Assembly: GCA_965112155.1 (NCBI GenBank) | Contig: OZ218098.1 | Direction: 5' to 3' (one strand) | DNA: 64,000 bases | DNA from: Podarcis liolepis | Taxonomy: Eukaryota | Shown here: positions 33,939-48,244 of the stretch, piece after piece | Numbering within the stretch: the stretch's first letter is position 1 | How the letters are laid out: the number at the start of each line of letters is the position of its first letter | Notes under the pieces: generated by a model | The model's database searches: none | The model's input: only the letters and a program-made list of their open reading frames with translations | What the model was told of the DNA's origin: nothing | Position numbers and translations under genes: made by a program

Positions 33939-36900
33939 GTGAGTGGAGGCCCAGGCGCCGCTTCGAGGGCGGGGCTCCTTCTGGGTTTATTCTCTTGCTT
34001 ATTGGGGGTGGGGGGAAGCGGGGGGCTGGGGACGAAGTTGAGGGAGGGCGCATGCGTCGACTCCAGCCTCAGCGTGACTTTCGGTGGGAAGGAGGGAGGT
34101 CTCTTGTCAAGCAGGGGCCGCTGCCAGGCTTCTGGGCTGGGCTTCTGTCTCGACCCTCCCACCATCTCCGTGGGTGTCGTCGTTCTCAGGGCTGCCAGGT
34201 TCAGATCTATGTCAGATTTTGGAAGACGCCCCCCCCCGTTCCCTCAGCAACCCAAGGGGCCCCCATGCCTTTGTTGTTAAGGAGCCCCCCTCCCCCGCCC
34301 TCGGTCCTTTCCTGGAGATCTTTTTTGGTGCTGGAGGTGGAGGTACCTACACTGGGGAGGCTTTTAGGAGTGTGCGCGTGCGTACAGGTGCTTAAAGGCG
34401 GCGGGGGTGGGGAGAGATAGGAAACGTTCGTTTACGTTAAAGTGAACTGATTTTAGGATCCAAACCCTTGCCACCTGTGCACACTGTTTTTTTGGGGGGG
34501 ATACTTGCAATTTGGGAAATACTTGCAACTGAGTTAAGCAGGGGTAGTAAGGTCAAGGGGTTGTGGGTTGCTTAAAAGTAAACATATAAAGACTTTCCCG
34601 CTGCAAAAATAGTGACAGAACTCCCCATTTCTATTGAATGGGGCTTGTCAGAGTAGTGTTGGATGACTGCGTGTTGGCCTCCTGTCCCTTACGCAGAAGG
34701 GTGCTGGAGTGAATTGTGATGTCTCCACTGCCATCTGTATGAAGGTGTTGGGTTCCACTAGGGATCCCATTTGTCCCATGGAGTTAAGCATATGTTGATG
34801 GTACTCCGTTTCTCTGTTACACCTGAATCAAGTGTGACTGTGCAAGCCCTGGACGAGTATGTGGTATGCACAGGAAGTGGGGATGAATCCTGTTAAGACC
34901 AAGGCCCTGTAAGTGACTAGCTCTGTGCATGGATTTTTTCTGGACCAGGGTTCTACTCCCTCTGCTGGAACTGGAATGTCATATGGGGGTGCTCCTTGAT
35001 CATTCTTTGTTTCTGGGGAAACAAATGACCTCAGTGGCTAAGGGTTACTTTTGCCACCTTGTACTCTTGCACTAGCTGTGACCATTCTTGGACCAGTGCA
35101 GCCAAGCTACAGTGACCCATGCATTGGTAAGCTCAAGACTGCATTATGGCAGTTTGGTCCATGTGGGACTGGCCTTAAGGCTGGTTTGGAAGCTGCAGCA
35201 TATAACATCTGTGTTGAGGGACTTGTGCTGCTGAGCGAAGTTGAAGGTTTATTATACCTACATATTCCTAAACTTAAGGGGAAGAAGTTTGAGAGACTGC
35301 CTTCTCACATATAGATGTGTCTGTTTGCTAAGGTCTTCAGAGAAGGCCCTATCACTTATGCTGTGGCCCACAGAGACTTACCTCATGTTAAGCTGGAAGA
35401 GGGCTTTCCCCTTTTTGGCCTCCAGCCTGTGAGATGTACCTACTGTGGTGAGCTTTCATCTGCTGTTAAAAACACAGCTACCTTATTTGAGGCTTCCCTG
35501 GCCTCTGATACAATGACGTGTTTGTGTTATGTTTCTTTTATTGGACTGTTTCTGTTGTATATAGAATTGCTTTGTTACACTGAATTATTTTGTTGCACTC
35601 CATCTTGATATTTTAAAGAGGTGGTATGTAACTATTTTAATTTAAACTTTCAAAGTTTCTGGAGCCCTTTTGGGGTTTTAATCTGGTAATTCTAAATGTA
35701 TGCTTTGCTAGTTTCAATAAATCATCTCACAGAAACTGCTTTCTCCTGCTTTTATCAGGATTCTTACATCATGCTTCTGTGGTAAATGTAACCCCACAAA
35801 TACTTGAGTCTACTTTGTGGCCCATCACAAGATTGTCACTAGGGCTTTGTGGTTTACGTATTTGAGCTGGAAAGAAAGGGGGAGTTGTATAGTTCTGTAA
35901 AGGAGAAAGAGTGGGAAGTGTGGGGTGTGGTAGGGGCTCAGTAAAACTAGAGAGGTGTGATAGCACTTGTTTAAGGAGAAATCATTATTTATTGTGTTTT
36001 GGTTCATGCATGTCCATAAACAGAGCATTGAACTAGGATGAAGCCACATATAGGATTATTATGTCTGACTTGTGAAGAGCATTCTGAAGAAGGAAATATG
36101 ACAGGAATGCCCACTTTCATGACAAATTTTTGCTTTGAGATAATGAGTGAAAGAAATTAGAGGGATTATATAGCCTGCTTGGAAGTCTTTGATGTTCAGC
36201 TGTTCCTGCTGAACAAAAGCAGTCAAATTTAAAGTTCTTTGGTTTAAATGAAATGTTTGAGATTATTCTATGCATCTATGTTTTCATGTCCTTTGAGCTT
36301 GCAGTAAAAACCTTAAAGCAAATAGACAGAATTATCCTGGAAGCAGGGTAAGTATGTGCGTTAAACATGTGGCACAATTCTTCCCCATCCCCCACCCCAT
36401 GATTGAATTTGTGTAACATTTCCAGAGTCTCAGTGTAAGCTCAGCAGCTGGAAAAGGTTGGCTGAGGCACGGCTGAGTAGTCAGGTTTATGATCTGACCG
36501 GAAAGGTGTGGTGTCTTTTTAGTTCTGTCACCTAACTCAGTTCTGGGACTTCAGCAGATTGCATTGTTCAGTGAGTGTATCCTGTTTGATTTAAGCTGGT
36601 AGCTTCTGAGGGGAGAGAGGATCTGAGGGAGGGACTACCTTGGCTTAACTCTTCTGCTCCCTCCCCTTGAGGCTGACAACAGTGTTGGCTAGGTAAACGT
36701 AATGGCTGCCTTTCTTTACCGTACTAAAATATGGATAAAATTAAGTGGATTTCACAATCAATGCAGCACTGGAGGCCCAAACAGCTGTAGTGGACACTTC
36801 TATATTGAGTCAGCAGGGTTGTTGATAATATGAAAGAAATAGGGTGTGATGTTCCCATGACCTAAAAGCAGGAATCTTAACTCACCAGCTGTTAAAACTA

Positions 36901-36949
36901 TGATTAGTTGAAAACCTCTCTTGCAGTTAATGTCTTCAGAGAGATCCCT

Positions 36950-37900
36950 TTTCCAGTTATCATTTAAGGAAATTTGGTTTATGGAAGTATGGAACAAGTT
37001 GTTATAACACTGCATCTATGGAATAGTTTCCCTGTGGAGATTTGCTGTACAGCAACACATAAATGAGGGTCAGAGTAGGTTTAAATGGTGGTGTGACTGA
37101 TGCTTTTAGAATGTTGCGAGGAGTGAAGCAAGGTTGCATTATGGCTCCCACTCCTTTTAGCATTTATATGAATGATTTGGTGCCGTATTGAGCCAATGCA
37201 AATGCCCCTCTCCAGTAAGGAACAATCTCAATCTTGATGTATGCAGATGATTTAGTGCTCCTCTCTCATTGCCGATTGGGTCTCAAAAAGCTCCTGGAGG
37301 TGTTCAGCTCATAGAATAAATTGGGAAGCCTATCCATAAAACACTCTAAGACCAAGATTATGCTTTTGGCAAACACAGTCCTAGGCAGTGCTATTCAGAA
37401 AAAGAGGTGCCAGAATTCACTATGAACACCTCCGTTGAACACACTTGCTCATTTAGATACCATACCTGGGCCTACTCTTTAGTGAAACCCTCTTTTGGAA
37501 GTGCCATATGGAGGCAGTGGAAGCCAAAGCACAAAAAACCATAGCGGCATTGATGAAGTTCTGTTACAATAAGGGAGGGAAACTGATTGAACCTGCCGTA
37601 AAAATATTTGGTAACAAACCACTTATTCAAATCCTCTTTGTAGCATTGAAATATGTGGCTTTGATTCAACTCCATTACAGTTTTGGAAATTGCACAGAAT
37701 GTTCTCCCCCCCCCCCAAGCTATACTCTCTACAAACAGGAATATCAGCAGCTCGTCCTCATAAAGAACCAGTTAAGGCAAGAGTGGGTAGTTAAAGTATA
37801 TTTTTAAAAATACTACTATGCCTGTTGAGAGGTCTCCTGTACTGTGCTGTATGGAATTGGGTGAAAACCAACTCTGGAAAGCAGCTTGTCAAGAAGTTTT
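36950..37900 (+). mobile_element. Decayed LINE reverse transcriptase remnant (RTE-like; boundaries approximate)
   Basis: GVKQGCIMAPTPFSIYMNDL (about 37120-37180) and LMYADDLVLL (YADD at 37240), with stops and frameshifts. Confidence 0.75.
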
Positions 37901-38535
37901 AGATCATTATTGTTTTCTAGAACTGAGCTCTGCTTTGACCTTGAATAAGTGTCAACTAAGGGATTGGCTCTGCTGGATAGAATCCAGAAAGGACCTGCAG
38001 CTAATTAGAAATACCACATTCTCTCCCCGCACCCCCCGGTATCCACTCTTGATAACTATTGTGAAGCATAGATTGGAAAAAGCCTACTGCTAAATAATAC
38101 AACAAATGAATGACCATGGAATATGAAGCTTAGGGTGCTTCAAATGTAACACCAACCATAATTTGGTGTTATGAGAACGCAGTATCATTTTCAGGCAAAT
38201 GGAAATAATGGTTTTCCAGTTTGGATGAGAAAGCAAGCCAGCTAAGTTTCAGTCCTGATTTTCAGTAATCAGTTACTGATTTTCAGGAATCAGTAATGTA
38301 CAAGGGGAGGAGAATGTGCAAGTCAAAGACTCCTCAGGCATTCTTACATTCCTGAATGTAAACCCATGGTTGAATAACCCATTAAAGTTGTTCAGATCTC
38401 AGTGATGTTTGTCACATGGGGCAAAAATGAAGTAGAAACACCACAAAGTCTATATGGCAAGGCTGTGGAATTTTCAACACAATATTCAGCAGTCAGATTC
38501 AACCATAATCTAAAGTCCTTTAACATCTCATGCCT

Positions 38536-38670
38536 CAGGAATGGTGAGCCTGTGACCTTTCAGACGTTGTTGGACTCTAACCTTCATCTTATCCAGCCAG
38601 CATTGTCAATGATCAGGGATGATAGGAACTGTAATCCTACAACTGAAGGGTCACAGGTTCACCATTCCTA
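38536..38670. mobile_element. hAT-type MITE at the centre of an older inverted repeat
   Basis: TIR CAGGAATGGTGAGCCTGTGACC / GGTCACAGGTTCACCATTCCTA. Confidence 0.75.
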
Positions 38671-41230
38671 GAGCATGGGATGTTAAAGGAGTCTAGATTA
38701 TGGTTGAGTCTGAACGCTGAATATTGTGAGTAGGTGGAGTCTTGCGCAACTCTTTTATTTTGCTGACTTTTGTGTAAAAGCATTTAGATCTGGATCAGAT
38801 TTTTAAATGAATAGGCATATTTAGCTACAACACAACCTGACACTAGGGAAAATGAGATTTCAAAAAATATTTTCACTGTGTCTGCCTCCAAATTGAGAAC
38901 AGACCTAGCTGAAAGGTCCAGAGTAAGAGGAGTTATTTCATAATATGATAGGAAGAATTAAGATATACTTAACTCTCTGCTAGAAGTAGGATCAGTCTCC
39001 ACTGAACACTCAAGTTTTTTAGGTGGTATGAAATTTGACTATAGTGTTTGGTCTGTGGTGGTCATTTCAGTAAGCTTCTCAGTCTAGTGATACCAACCTT
39101 TTTTTGGACCTGTGGGTACACATAAATTGGATAAACTGTTGAGAGTGTCACACACCTCATCCAAATGCACACCGCATGTTCTGTTAGCTACAATCAGAGT
39201 CCTTTTTTAAAGCTTAACTTAGCAGGGTAAGGTGCTCCAGGGAAGGCTTCTGTAGGTGTATGTGCACACCCAGGAACCACATTGGTGATCCCAGTTCTAA
39301 GTCATCAAGTGAGGAAAATGTATATGTAAATTCGTCCATAAAGCTGTATAAACAAATACCACATGAGTTTTGTCCACCAGAATCCCAAATACCCAGTACT
39401 CCAAATTCTTTCCCATCCACTAGTTTGGCAATGTCTACATTCAACAACCAGTTTTCCATGTTCAGCAAGAGTCTTCTTTCTGTACATGGGATGTAAAAAT
39501 AATAAATTCTCCTGCTAAAAAGAATATCAGTAGCATATCTGCCTCATAGAGCCCATAACTTATTCTTAAGTGCTTTGCTAGTGCAGATCTGGCAAAAATG
39601 TAGCCCCCCAACACTGCAGTGATCCAGTTGCGCACCACAAGTTGAGAATATTCAGAATCCCTTGGTAGAAGAAAGCTTGGGGCTGTCTGCATCCTGCTGC
39701 CAGGGTAGGTTTTTTTTGGACAATTTCAGATAACTGTGAGAGTAAGTTGCTGGAGCTAGAGTTGTTTCCAAACGAATGAGTCACGGCAAATGCTGGTTAG
39801 AGTTTCCATAGAAACTGAGTACATTGCTAAGGGCAGATGGTTGACTGCAATGTAAGCATGGTTACAGCATTAGCTAATAGCTCAGAGGAGCAAAGTGTCT
39901 TGCTCTTTACCCCCACTGAGGTCAAGCATCTCCTCCAGCCTGGAGAGACTATCAAAGAATAGCTGTGGCTGACTTTGCTGATCTGCTGTGCCCTGAATAC
40001 TTCCTGATCTGCCTTGAAGATCATCTGCCCATATATGTCGTTGTTTTGTCTGGTTACAGGAATGCGATTTGACTTGCTGCGCAATAAGCTTACAGCCATC
40101 TGGAAAATAAGGACAATGAAATAATTGTGTAAGCATTGAAGGAGAAGGGAAGAGGTTTTGTGCAAATCGCAGCTCCCTTCAACACTCAGAATTTGGACAA
40201 ACACTGGTGAATTTTTTGGGAAATGTCCAGAGATTCCCTTAACGAAGCATGAGTGACATTCATTTGACCTTCTCTGACCATATATTTATTGAAATGCTAA
40301 TATTGATCTCTGATCTTAGCTGTAGCATTAGCTTTGGTCACAGTAACTTAACTTCTGTTTGAGGGCTGATGTTTTAGACTGGTTGTTTTCGGAGGCACTT
40401 TCTGTTTCTTCTTGTTTCATGATAGAACTGTGTTCATGTCCTACCTCTTGAGAACAATGATTAACCTTTCTAGTGATCTCATATATGCGGTTATTTATTG
40501 ACCAGTGGTGTGCCTCCTTTGGTGGTGACTCTAATCAGGAGTCCATTAATGTTTTAGTGAACATCTAAAATTCCAAAACTGTTGTCTTTCTCAAGCTAAG
40601 AATGACATTTCTTCGTGGAGAAGGTCCAAAAGTACTAGGAACTGAATTCTTCTCAAACTCCATAACTCTTTGGCTGCTTTTTCAACATGTGCCACTCAAG
40701 GACAACCTGTCTATTGTTGAATCTGCCCCCTCACAGTTCTGCTTGTAGCACTGTGAAGAATCCTCATGTGTGTCTCTGTTGTTGGTTTGATAGGCCAGTG
40801 GGGGAAGGAGTATTTGGGCACCCTTCCAGTGCAACACCTTGCTGTGCAAGCTGTTTGGCTATATGCCAACTCTGCCAATGGAGCGCAGGAAATGGGAGCC
40901 TTTAGAATCAATGCGTCAGGCAGGGGGTTGGTGTAATCTGTTGCATTTCCCTGCCGTTTTGGCTTGTATGCTACAAACAGAAAGCAACCAGGCCGTATTT
41001 GCACAGGAGGGGGAAATGGATGGAGTACAGCCAGTGGTGTTCCCCTAGCCAGCCCCCTCTCACCTTTGATATGAGGAAAGGTTCTTCTGGACAAGACATC
41101 TGTGGCAATATATAAAGGAGCAGCTTTGGGAGATGATATTGAAGATTGCTATGTATTTGCTTGCTTGATCTGTGAATCCCTGTGCTCTTCCTTCTGGGGT
41201 TTTTAGGAGAGCAGTTAAAGCTTGGAAAAC

Positions 41231-41363
41231 ATGGAGCAATACCCAGATCTACAGGAAGACCTGAGTTTGGAGGATACCAATGAATCCCTTAATCAGCTCA
41301 AATTGGCCTCTCTAGATGATAAGAACTGGCCACCAGATGAAGTGCCTGTTTTTCCCAAGTCAG
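41231..41363 (+). CDS. ARHGAP1: ARHGAP1 first coding exon
   Basis: MEQYPDLQEDLSLEDTNESLNQLKLASLDDKNWPPDEVPVFPKS; G|gtgagt; exon acceptor at 41206/41207. Confidence 0.94.
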
Positions 41364-42137
41364 GTGAGTACTTTTACTAGCAGTGAAGTGACTAGAAAGG
41401 AATCTATATGCTGCAGCACTAATCTTAAAATATACCTTTAATAGCTTTTTATTTATTAGATTTATTTATATCCAGACTTTCAGGATAAGCAGCATCCAAA
41501 TGATATCAAAATAATTAATAACATAATAAATAAGTGGAAAAATAACAAGATTCAGGGTTCAGCAGGTTCTTTTTGTGTTATATTCTTGCATGATAGTTGT
41601 ATACAGTATAGCCCTGTGGGGGCAAGGGTAGTCTAGTGGAGCACTCTCTGAGGTCTTTGCCTGTCTGCATCTCTTTCCTCTTTAAGATGCTGCAGAAGTA
41701 CTAGTTAGCCCCTGTATCTAAACTGGGATGTAGATCTTATCTAAATGGGGTGGTGAGAGCATGGAATGCTACAGACCTTATATGCCAGAGAAGTATCTGT
41801 CTCTCTGTGCAGTGTAAATAGTTTATTCTAGTGGATGAATGTGGAATTCTGTAGTGGAGAATTTTAGATCATTGATTACTTTCCACTTATAGTGTGTTTA
41901 TACATTTGAGGCAAATATTGACAAATGAGCTAGCCCAATTGGTCTGAATGCATGCAATGTTTTGTATTGAACATAAAATGAACAATTGCACAAAACTAAT
42001 GCTATTCATCACAGTTCCTTCTGGTTCCGTGATATACCTGATCCCTTCTCTGTGTTTTTTTATCTTCGTATAGCTGTGCTGGTTTTTATGTTCTCTGCAT
42101 TTTCCTCTCACCCCATCCCCTTTATTTTAAAATGTAG

Positions 42138-42230
42138 ATGACTTCAAGGGCTCCCCTGACCCTGTCACTCACTTACGATGGGATGACCCATACTACGACA
42201 TTGCTAGACACCAGATTGTGGAAGTGGCAG
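42138..42230 (+). CDS. ARHGAP1: ARHGAP1 coding exon 2
   Basis: tgtag|AT...G|gtaatg; DFKGSPDPVTHLRWDDPYYDIARHQIVEVA. Confidence 0.96.
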
Positions 42231-43879
42231 GTAATGGGTTCTTTTCATTTCTTTGTCTTCTACTTCAGAAAGCATTTTGATACGGCATAATGACTTGGGA
42301 TATAGGGTCTATTTTATTGTTTTGCTGTTTTGTTTTATTTATTTTCATGTTTTTATCCTGTATTTTATTCTGTGAACTGCCCTGAGATCTTATGATGAAG
42401 GGCAGTATATAAATCTAATAAAAAAGTAAAAAATAAAATAAAATAAAATAAACCAGCCCAGCAGTGGCCCAACAATAGGTTGGATCCCAAGTTGTCTTTT
42501 AGTGAATGATAGGATTCCTTCTGTTTATAGAAGGAGCCAAGATCCAGCAGAGGCTCCTGCTGGAGGAAGCAAGCAGGGAGGAAGCTGTTTTTGCCTGTTC
42601 CCCTTGCAGGTCATGGCACAACTGTCCATGCTGTCCTGGAAGATTCTTTGACTCGTAGGTGCAGTTCTGCCCATGGGTAGTCTGGATCCAGCCAAATAGC
42701 TTGATTCACATAGTGGTCATTGTCGTTGTGAAAATAGCAATTGTACAGAGGAAGAGAACTTTGAGAACCATGGGCCCATTAGAGTTATTTGATAGACACT
42801 TGAAGCAGCAATCTGACCCCAGACTTACAAACTACGTTATGAACTCCTCAGTCAGATGTTGCATTGGTTGATAGTACCATGAGTTACTGAGGTTTGGTTG
42901 GCTGGGGTCTGGAGAAGGGCCTTTTCTATTGTAGCATCTGCTCAATGGGATGCATTCCAGGGTGGATGGGTTCCAAAAGTGGGGTGTTTCCACCAATTGT
43001 TGAAGACCTGTCTCTTTCCCCTGGCATTTCCTGACAATCACCAGTTTGTTGCTCCAGTTACTGTGGTTATTGCAATAATGTTTTTACTTTTACTTTAATT
43101 GTTTGTTTTACTTGATTTTAATGGGTTTTGTGTATTGTGAACTGCATCAATATTTTTGCTAATGAAAAGTATCACATAAGCTTTGAGAATACATGCTGAT
43201 AAATAGTGACTATAGCATACTGGACTTAGAAGAGTTCAAATCCATGGTCTGCCATGAAGTCTACTAGATGACCTTGGGTCATTCATTGGCTTGTATCCGA
43301 CTGAGTCATACTCAGAATAATTTAATTTAATTCCATTGATTGCAGTGTGTCCACTGTCAGTATGACATAATCAGATAGAACCCATTATCCCTCATCCTGG
43401 CCTACCACATAGAGTTGTTATGAGAATAAATAGCAGGAAGGGAGGACCACGAACACGTACTGTACCTCACCTTGAGTTCTTTGGAGAGAAGAAGGTGGGT
43501 GAAAAATAGTACGTGCAAACCTGAAAACTCATTCTCCCGAAGAAAAACTGTTTTAACTTGTTTGCAGGCTAGAAGAGACTCTGCATGTGTGCCTCTAATT
43601 TTCCTGAGCCATGGCAAATCCCTCAACTGTCTAAACAAATCAGTCAACTTTAGGTGACTGCCAAGTCACACTTGAGTCCAGGGCATCAGTGGGCAACCTG
43701 TGAACTTCCCTATGTTGCTGGACTCCAGCCCCAACCAGAATTGCCAATGGTAATGGAATATGAGAAATGTAGTCCAGTATCACCTGGAATGCCACAGGTT
43801 CTCCACTTCTCCTGTGGAGCATCCTGGAGTGTGGAATTGTGCCACAGCTGCAAGGAAAGAGTTAAATCTTAATTATTTT

Positions 43880-45050
43880 TTAAAAAAACTTATTGATAAA
43901 TGCAATACTTACAAACACAAAACAGAACACTAAACAAACTTATTATACATAGATACACACACCTCTCAATTTAGATCACAAAAAAAGAAAACAAACAAAC
44001 AAAACATACAAACATAAATCTTGACTTCCCTCCACCTATGTGTGGCTTCCTTTATTTCTTTTCTTCTTTTCGCTGTGCTATCACTATTATTTTTGACTAT
44101 CTCATCTTATACCCATTTCTTCTTAATTTTTTACTCTATAAGTTTCATTCATTGCATATTGATATATTAATACCAGAACAATGTTTTTTGATGTATTCCT
44201 TCACACAAGTCCACTCCTCTATCAGTTTTTGGTCTGTTTGGCCTCTTACCACTGCTGTAAGTCTTGCTGAATCTATATATTCACAAAATCTTATTTGCCA
44301 TTCTCTTATTGAGGGAGTTTTTTCTCCCTTCCAATTTTTTGCTATAATCATTCTGGCCGCAGCGGTTGCATATAAGAAAACTTTTTGCCTAGTGGCAGGA
44401 ATGTCAGTCGATATAATTCCCAAGAGGAACGCCTCGGGGGTTTTTTACATGATATTTTAAGCATTTTTTAAAGTTCCTCTTGAATGTCACTCCAAATTTT
44501 TTAATATACACACACTCCCACCACATATGATACATGGTTCCTATCTCTGTTTTATATCTCCAGCACAAATTAGATTCTGATTTATAAATTTTCGCCAATT
44601 TGACCGCGGTTAAATACCATTGATATATCATTTTCATTATGTTTTCTCTGATTGTGACACAGGCTGTGAATTTGATATCATATTTCCATAATTTCTCCCA
44701 TTGATCTAAACAAATCATGTGGCCTATATCTTTGGCCCACTTAATCATAACTTCCTTCACCTCTTCATCTTTTAATTCCTATTCTAATAATAGATTATAC
44801 ATTTTAGATAATATCTTTTTAGGATTTTTTAATAACTCTGTTTGTAGTTTTGATTCTTCTTTGCCAAATCTGAAAATCTTATCCTGCCTGAATAGGTGAT
44901 CAGTTTGATAATATTGTAGCCATGTATTACAATATTGGCCAAGTTCTTCATAAGATCTTAACCTTAATTGGCCTTGATCTTCTTTTACTAATTGCTGATA
45001 TGTGACCCATTTGCCTTCCGTATTTTTCTTTTTTCTTTTTTCCTTACATT
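43880..45050 (-). mobile_element. 5'-truncated, frameshifted L1-clade LINE (ORF2 C-terminus and 3' UTR)
   Basis: Three broken frames including CWRYKTEIGTMYHMWWEC (degenerate CCHC) and ARMIIAKNWK...WQ. Confidence 0.85.
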
Positions 45051-46919
45051 TCACTGACATTCCTGGGTTGTCCTGTATGGCTGCTTCACTTACATTGTCT
45101 GCAGTTCAGTTACTGATTTTAGCAAACTTGGTTTCCTGCAAAGAGGAAATTTGCTGTGTAAATGATTGCTGGCAGATTGCTGGCAGTGCTGTTCAGAAAC
45201 TGGAGGCAGGAATAAATGCTGGGAGTTTATTTATCACCAGCTTTTGCTATTGACCATTATGCCAGGTATTGCAGCAGTACATCCTCTTGGCTATACAGAC
45301 CATTATTCCTTATGCACATTGATAGCTACTGCCAACCAATGCAATATAAAAGTGAAGACTGGTTAATTTATAGCAAGCAATTGATCGTTAGAAAAGGGAA
45401 GAAATTGAAATGGCAAATTATCTGGAAGAAGTAGGAGCTGTGCTTAGCTTTTACTTACGCTTTTACTTACATTTTACTAACATCTGCGTGGAGTTCATCT
45501 CCTCCCTTCTTGGTAGCAATGTTTGTTTTGGGCTCTAAAATTACTGAATTCTCTGGAGTTTCTCTCCTCCAGACATTCTGGCTGCTCAGGATAGTTCAAG
45601 GAATGGTTATTTCCTCTGAGACAAAACACATCTTAACAGTTTTTGAATTTAGTTTTGATTTTCAGTGTGTGACCTGAGAAATCCTCAGGATGGGATAGTT
45701 CTCTAATCCCATTGCAGATACATTGAGGATATCTTTCTATTCCCTGGGATGGTGAATTGACATTAAACAATTTAATCAAACAAAGATCCACAGTGTTAAG
45801 TGACTAGATGAGTTCAAACAAGATATTTTCTGATACGCATTGTATTCAAATGTATAAGAATACCTCTATTGCTGACATTCCAGGATTTCAGCCAATTGAA
45901 TGAGCTTCACTAACATCATGCCCAAGTCTGGCAGTATTGCACATTCAGATACTTTGATAAATAAAGAATTCCCTAACAACTGACATATCCTTTTCCATTA
46001 TTGATAACATTAGTTATTTCTTTGTTTGTATAGATGTATTTTGAAGTGCTTTCCCCTGTAGGACTATGTATTACTGAAGATTCATTTCACTTAATATTTT
46101 TTTAACTGGCAACCACATGCCTTAGATTCCTCTAACATCTATCACCCAGAGCGCTAGCACTGTGTTGGCTTCTGACGTATTGAATGATGGAAAAAATCTC
46201 TTCACTGTGGGCTCCCTTAGCTCTCAACATGTTTCTGTGAATTTTCAGTGCCAATAAGGCTTGTGGGTGGAGTTGCAGTGTGAGCAAAGAGCAAGCTGTA
46301 ATTTAACTAATAGCTATGTTTCTTTAAAATGTGTATTGCATAGATGCATTTCTAGCACCACTAGTATACTCAATATTTAGAGAATCATCTCAGAAAGTAA
46401 AAGCTTTGAATACACATAAATGTGTAGGCTCTTTATTACTATACTTACAATAGAGGGTTGTGTGGGATTGTATATCCTGCCATAGCCTCCATTTACTGAA
46501 ATTCCCTGTTCAGAGTTCTTGTCCTAATTAAGAAAGGTTAATTTGTCCACCTTTTGCCAAAAAAAAAAGCACAACTAAACAAAATGACTGCAAAGAAATA
46601 GTTTGACTAGATGCTGTATCTGTTAGCAGCTATCAATGTCTTGAAGGCATTTCAAGGCTGATTTTGTTTCTTCTATCTCCATGTGACAACCTGAACCACT
46701 GCTGCTACTGATTGATAGCTTGCACAATGGAAGCAGGAGGCTCTTTTTAATCCTCTAACCTGTGCCCTTTCAGATGTTGTTGGACTCCCACCCCAGCCAA
46801 CAATGCCTGTGGTCACAAATGATGGGAGCTGTAGTTGTAGCTAAATATTAGGCTGGTCTAGGTAGATATGCAACTTCCTTGTTGAACTAGGGATGGTTGT
46901 CTGAGGCAGAGACGCAACC

Positions 46920-47550
46920 TCAACTTTGTTTTTTTAAAAAAATAATATTTATTGAAACACAAAAAATTTTTAAATTACACAGAAAAAAGACAATGTTACA
47001 AAAAAGAGAAAAAAAAGACAGAAACACAAAAAGAAAAAGAGAAAATAAAACCATCACTTTCAAATTCTCCAATTTCCGTTACCTTCTTTCCATGACCTCC
47101 TCCTCCTCCCATCTCTTGTATCTTAATTAATAATTGTCACAGCAAATCCTTTCCATAATTCATAATATTTTATCATTACGTTACCTTACTCTATTATCAT
47201 CTTGTCTTATAAAATCGACCTTAGAGCTTAAAACTTAAATTTTTTTTTGCCAACTTCTCATAACCATTACCTTTTTGCCAGATTCTTTAGATATTTTTAC
47301 AAGAGCCAAGTAATTTCATCTCAACATTTTCCCAAAATTCATAAAATATTTCTAGTTGTAATATAAAAAAGATACAATAAAATAAAAGCAATCCAATCTT
47401 CTTCCAGCGTCCCCTCCCCCCGGTCCCGGGATTGTCAGTCTTTTTTTGTCCCATTAGTCTGGCACATTAACCTGGTGCTCTTACATCCGAGGCCTTTAAA
47501 TCTCTTCCATGTCCCTTTTGCAGTTCTTCTTCATATTTTCCTTTCACTCG
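46920..47550 (-). mobile_element. Probable L1-related 3' fragment
   Basis: Minus-strand AATAAA plus A-tail near 46930-46952, with a T-rich 3' UTR like the 43.9-kb copy. Confidence 0.45.
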
Positions 47551-48106
47551 CGGGAACTCCAGCTTAATAGTGTTTTTGACCCTTTTCAGCAACCTCAACT
47601 TTGGGGAAATGTGGTCATTTCTGATACCAGGCAGTGTTGTAACTTTGGTTTCAAAGACAATGGAAATGCCATGTCCTTATCCCAAGTGATCATCCAGATT
47701 ACATGCCATAGGCTATTCTGAATTTAACCTTTGAGACGCCAATCTTTTATTACTGTGGGCTTGGGGCCCTTGATATGCCTTGACAATTTTGGGGTTCTCT
47801 GGAGTCTAGAAGTATGAAAGTTGCTGGAATAGCTTGTGATGGGGAGCATTGATTAGTAAATCTTTTGGTTTCCTTTCTTTGTTTGATTCTGCTTTAGGCT
47901 GAATTATTAGAAATGATTGTTAATACTTTTGAATTCAGTTACTTCAGTGTCTGATGAGCAATTATCATGCTGTACTCCAGTGATTGATTTGGGGAAAGCC
48001 TCTTAAGGCTATCTTTCTGTGTTCTTGCAGCAGCATTTTTAAAACTGGGAGACTGCCATTGAGCATGTGTCTATGTGTTGTAGTGGGACTTTGGGACACT
48101 CTAGGT

Positions 48107-48244
48107 AAAGGATAGGGAACCTGTGGCCCTCTAAATGTTGTTGGTCTACATCACCCATCAGTCCTGGCCAGCATGGCCAGTGGTCAGGGATGATTAGAGT
48201 TGTAGTCCCAACAACATCTGAAAGACCCAGGTTCAGCATGGTTG
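48107..48244. mobile_element. hAT-type MITE
   Basis: TSD CTCTAGGT / CTCTAGGA; family core sequence. Confidence 0.75.

Larger units (their letters stand above)
33170..34420. promoter_or_regulatory. CpG island / bidirectional promoter shared by ZNF408 and ARHGAP1
   Basis: Abrupt GC- and CpG-rich segment between divergent genes; X-box-like GTTGCCACGGAGAC (33733-33746), ETS-like TTCCGG (about 33756), NRF1-like GCGCATGCG (34048-34056). Confidence 0.85.

Noticed and set aside
33014-34420. Several long overlapping ORFs (up to 229 aa)
   Set aside because: Expected in a CpG island; only the ZNF408 exon 1 and 2 frame has recognisable homology and splice phase.
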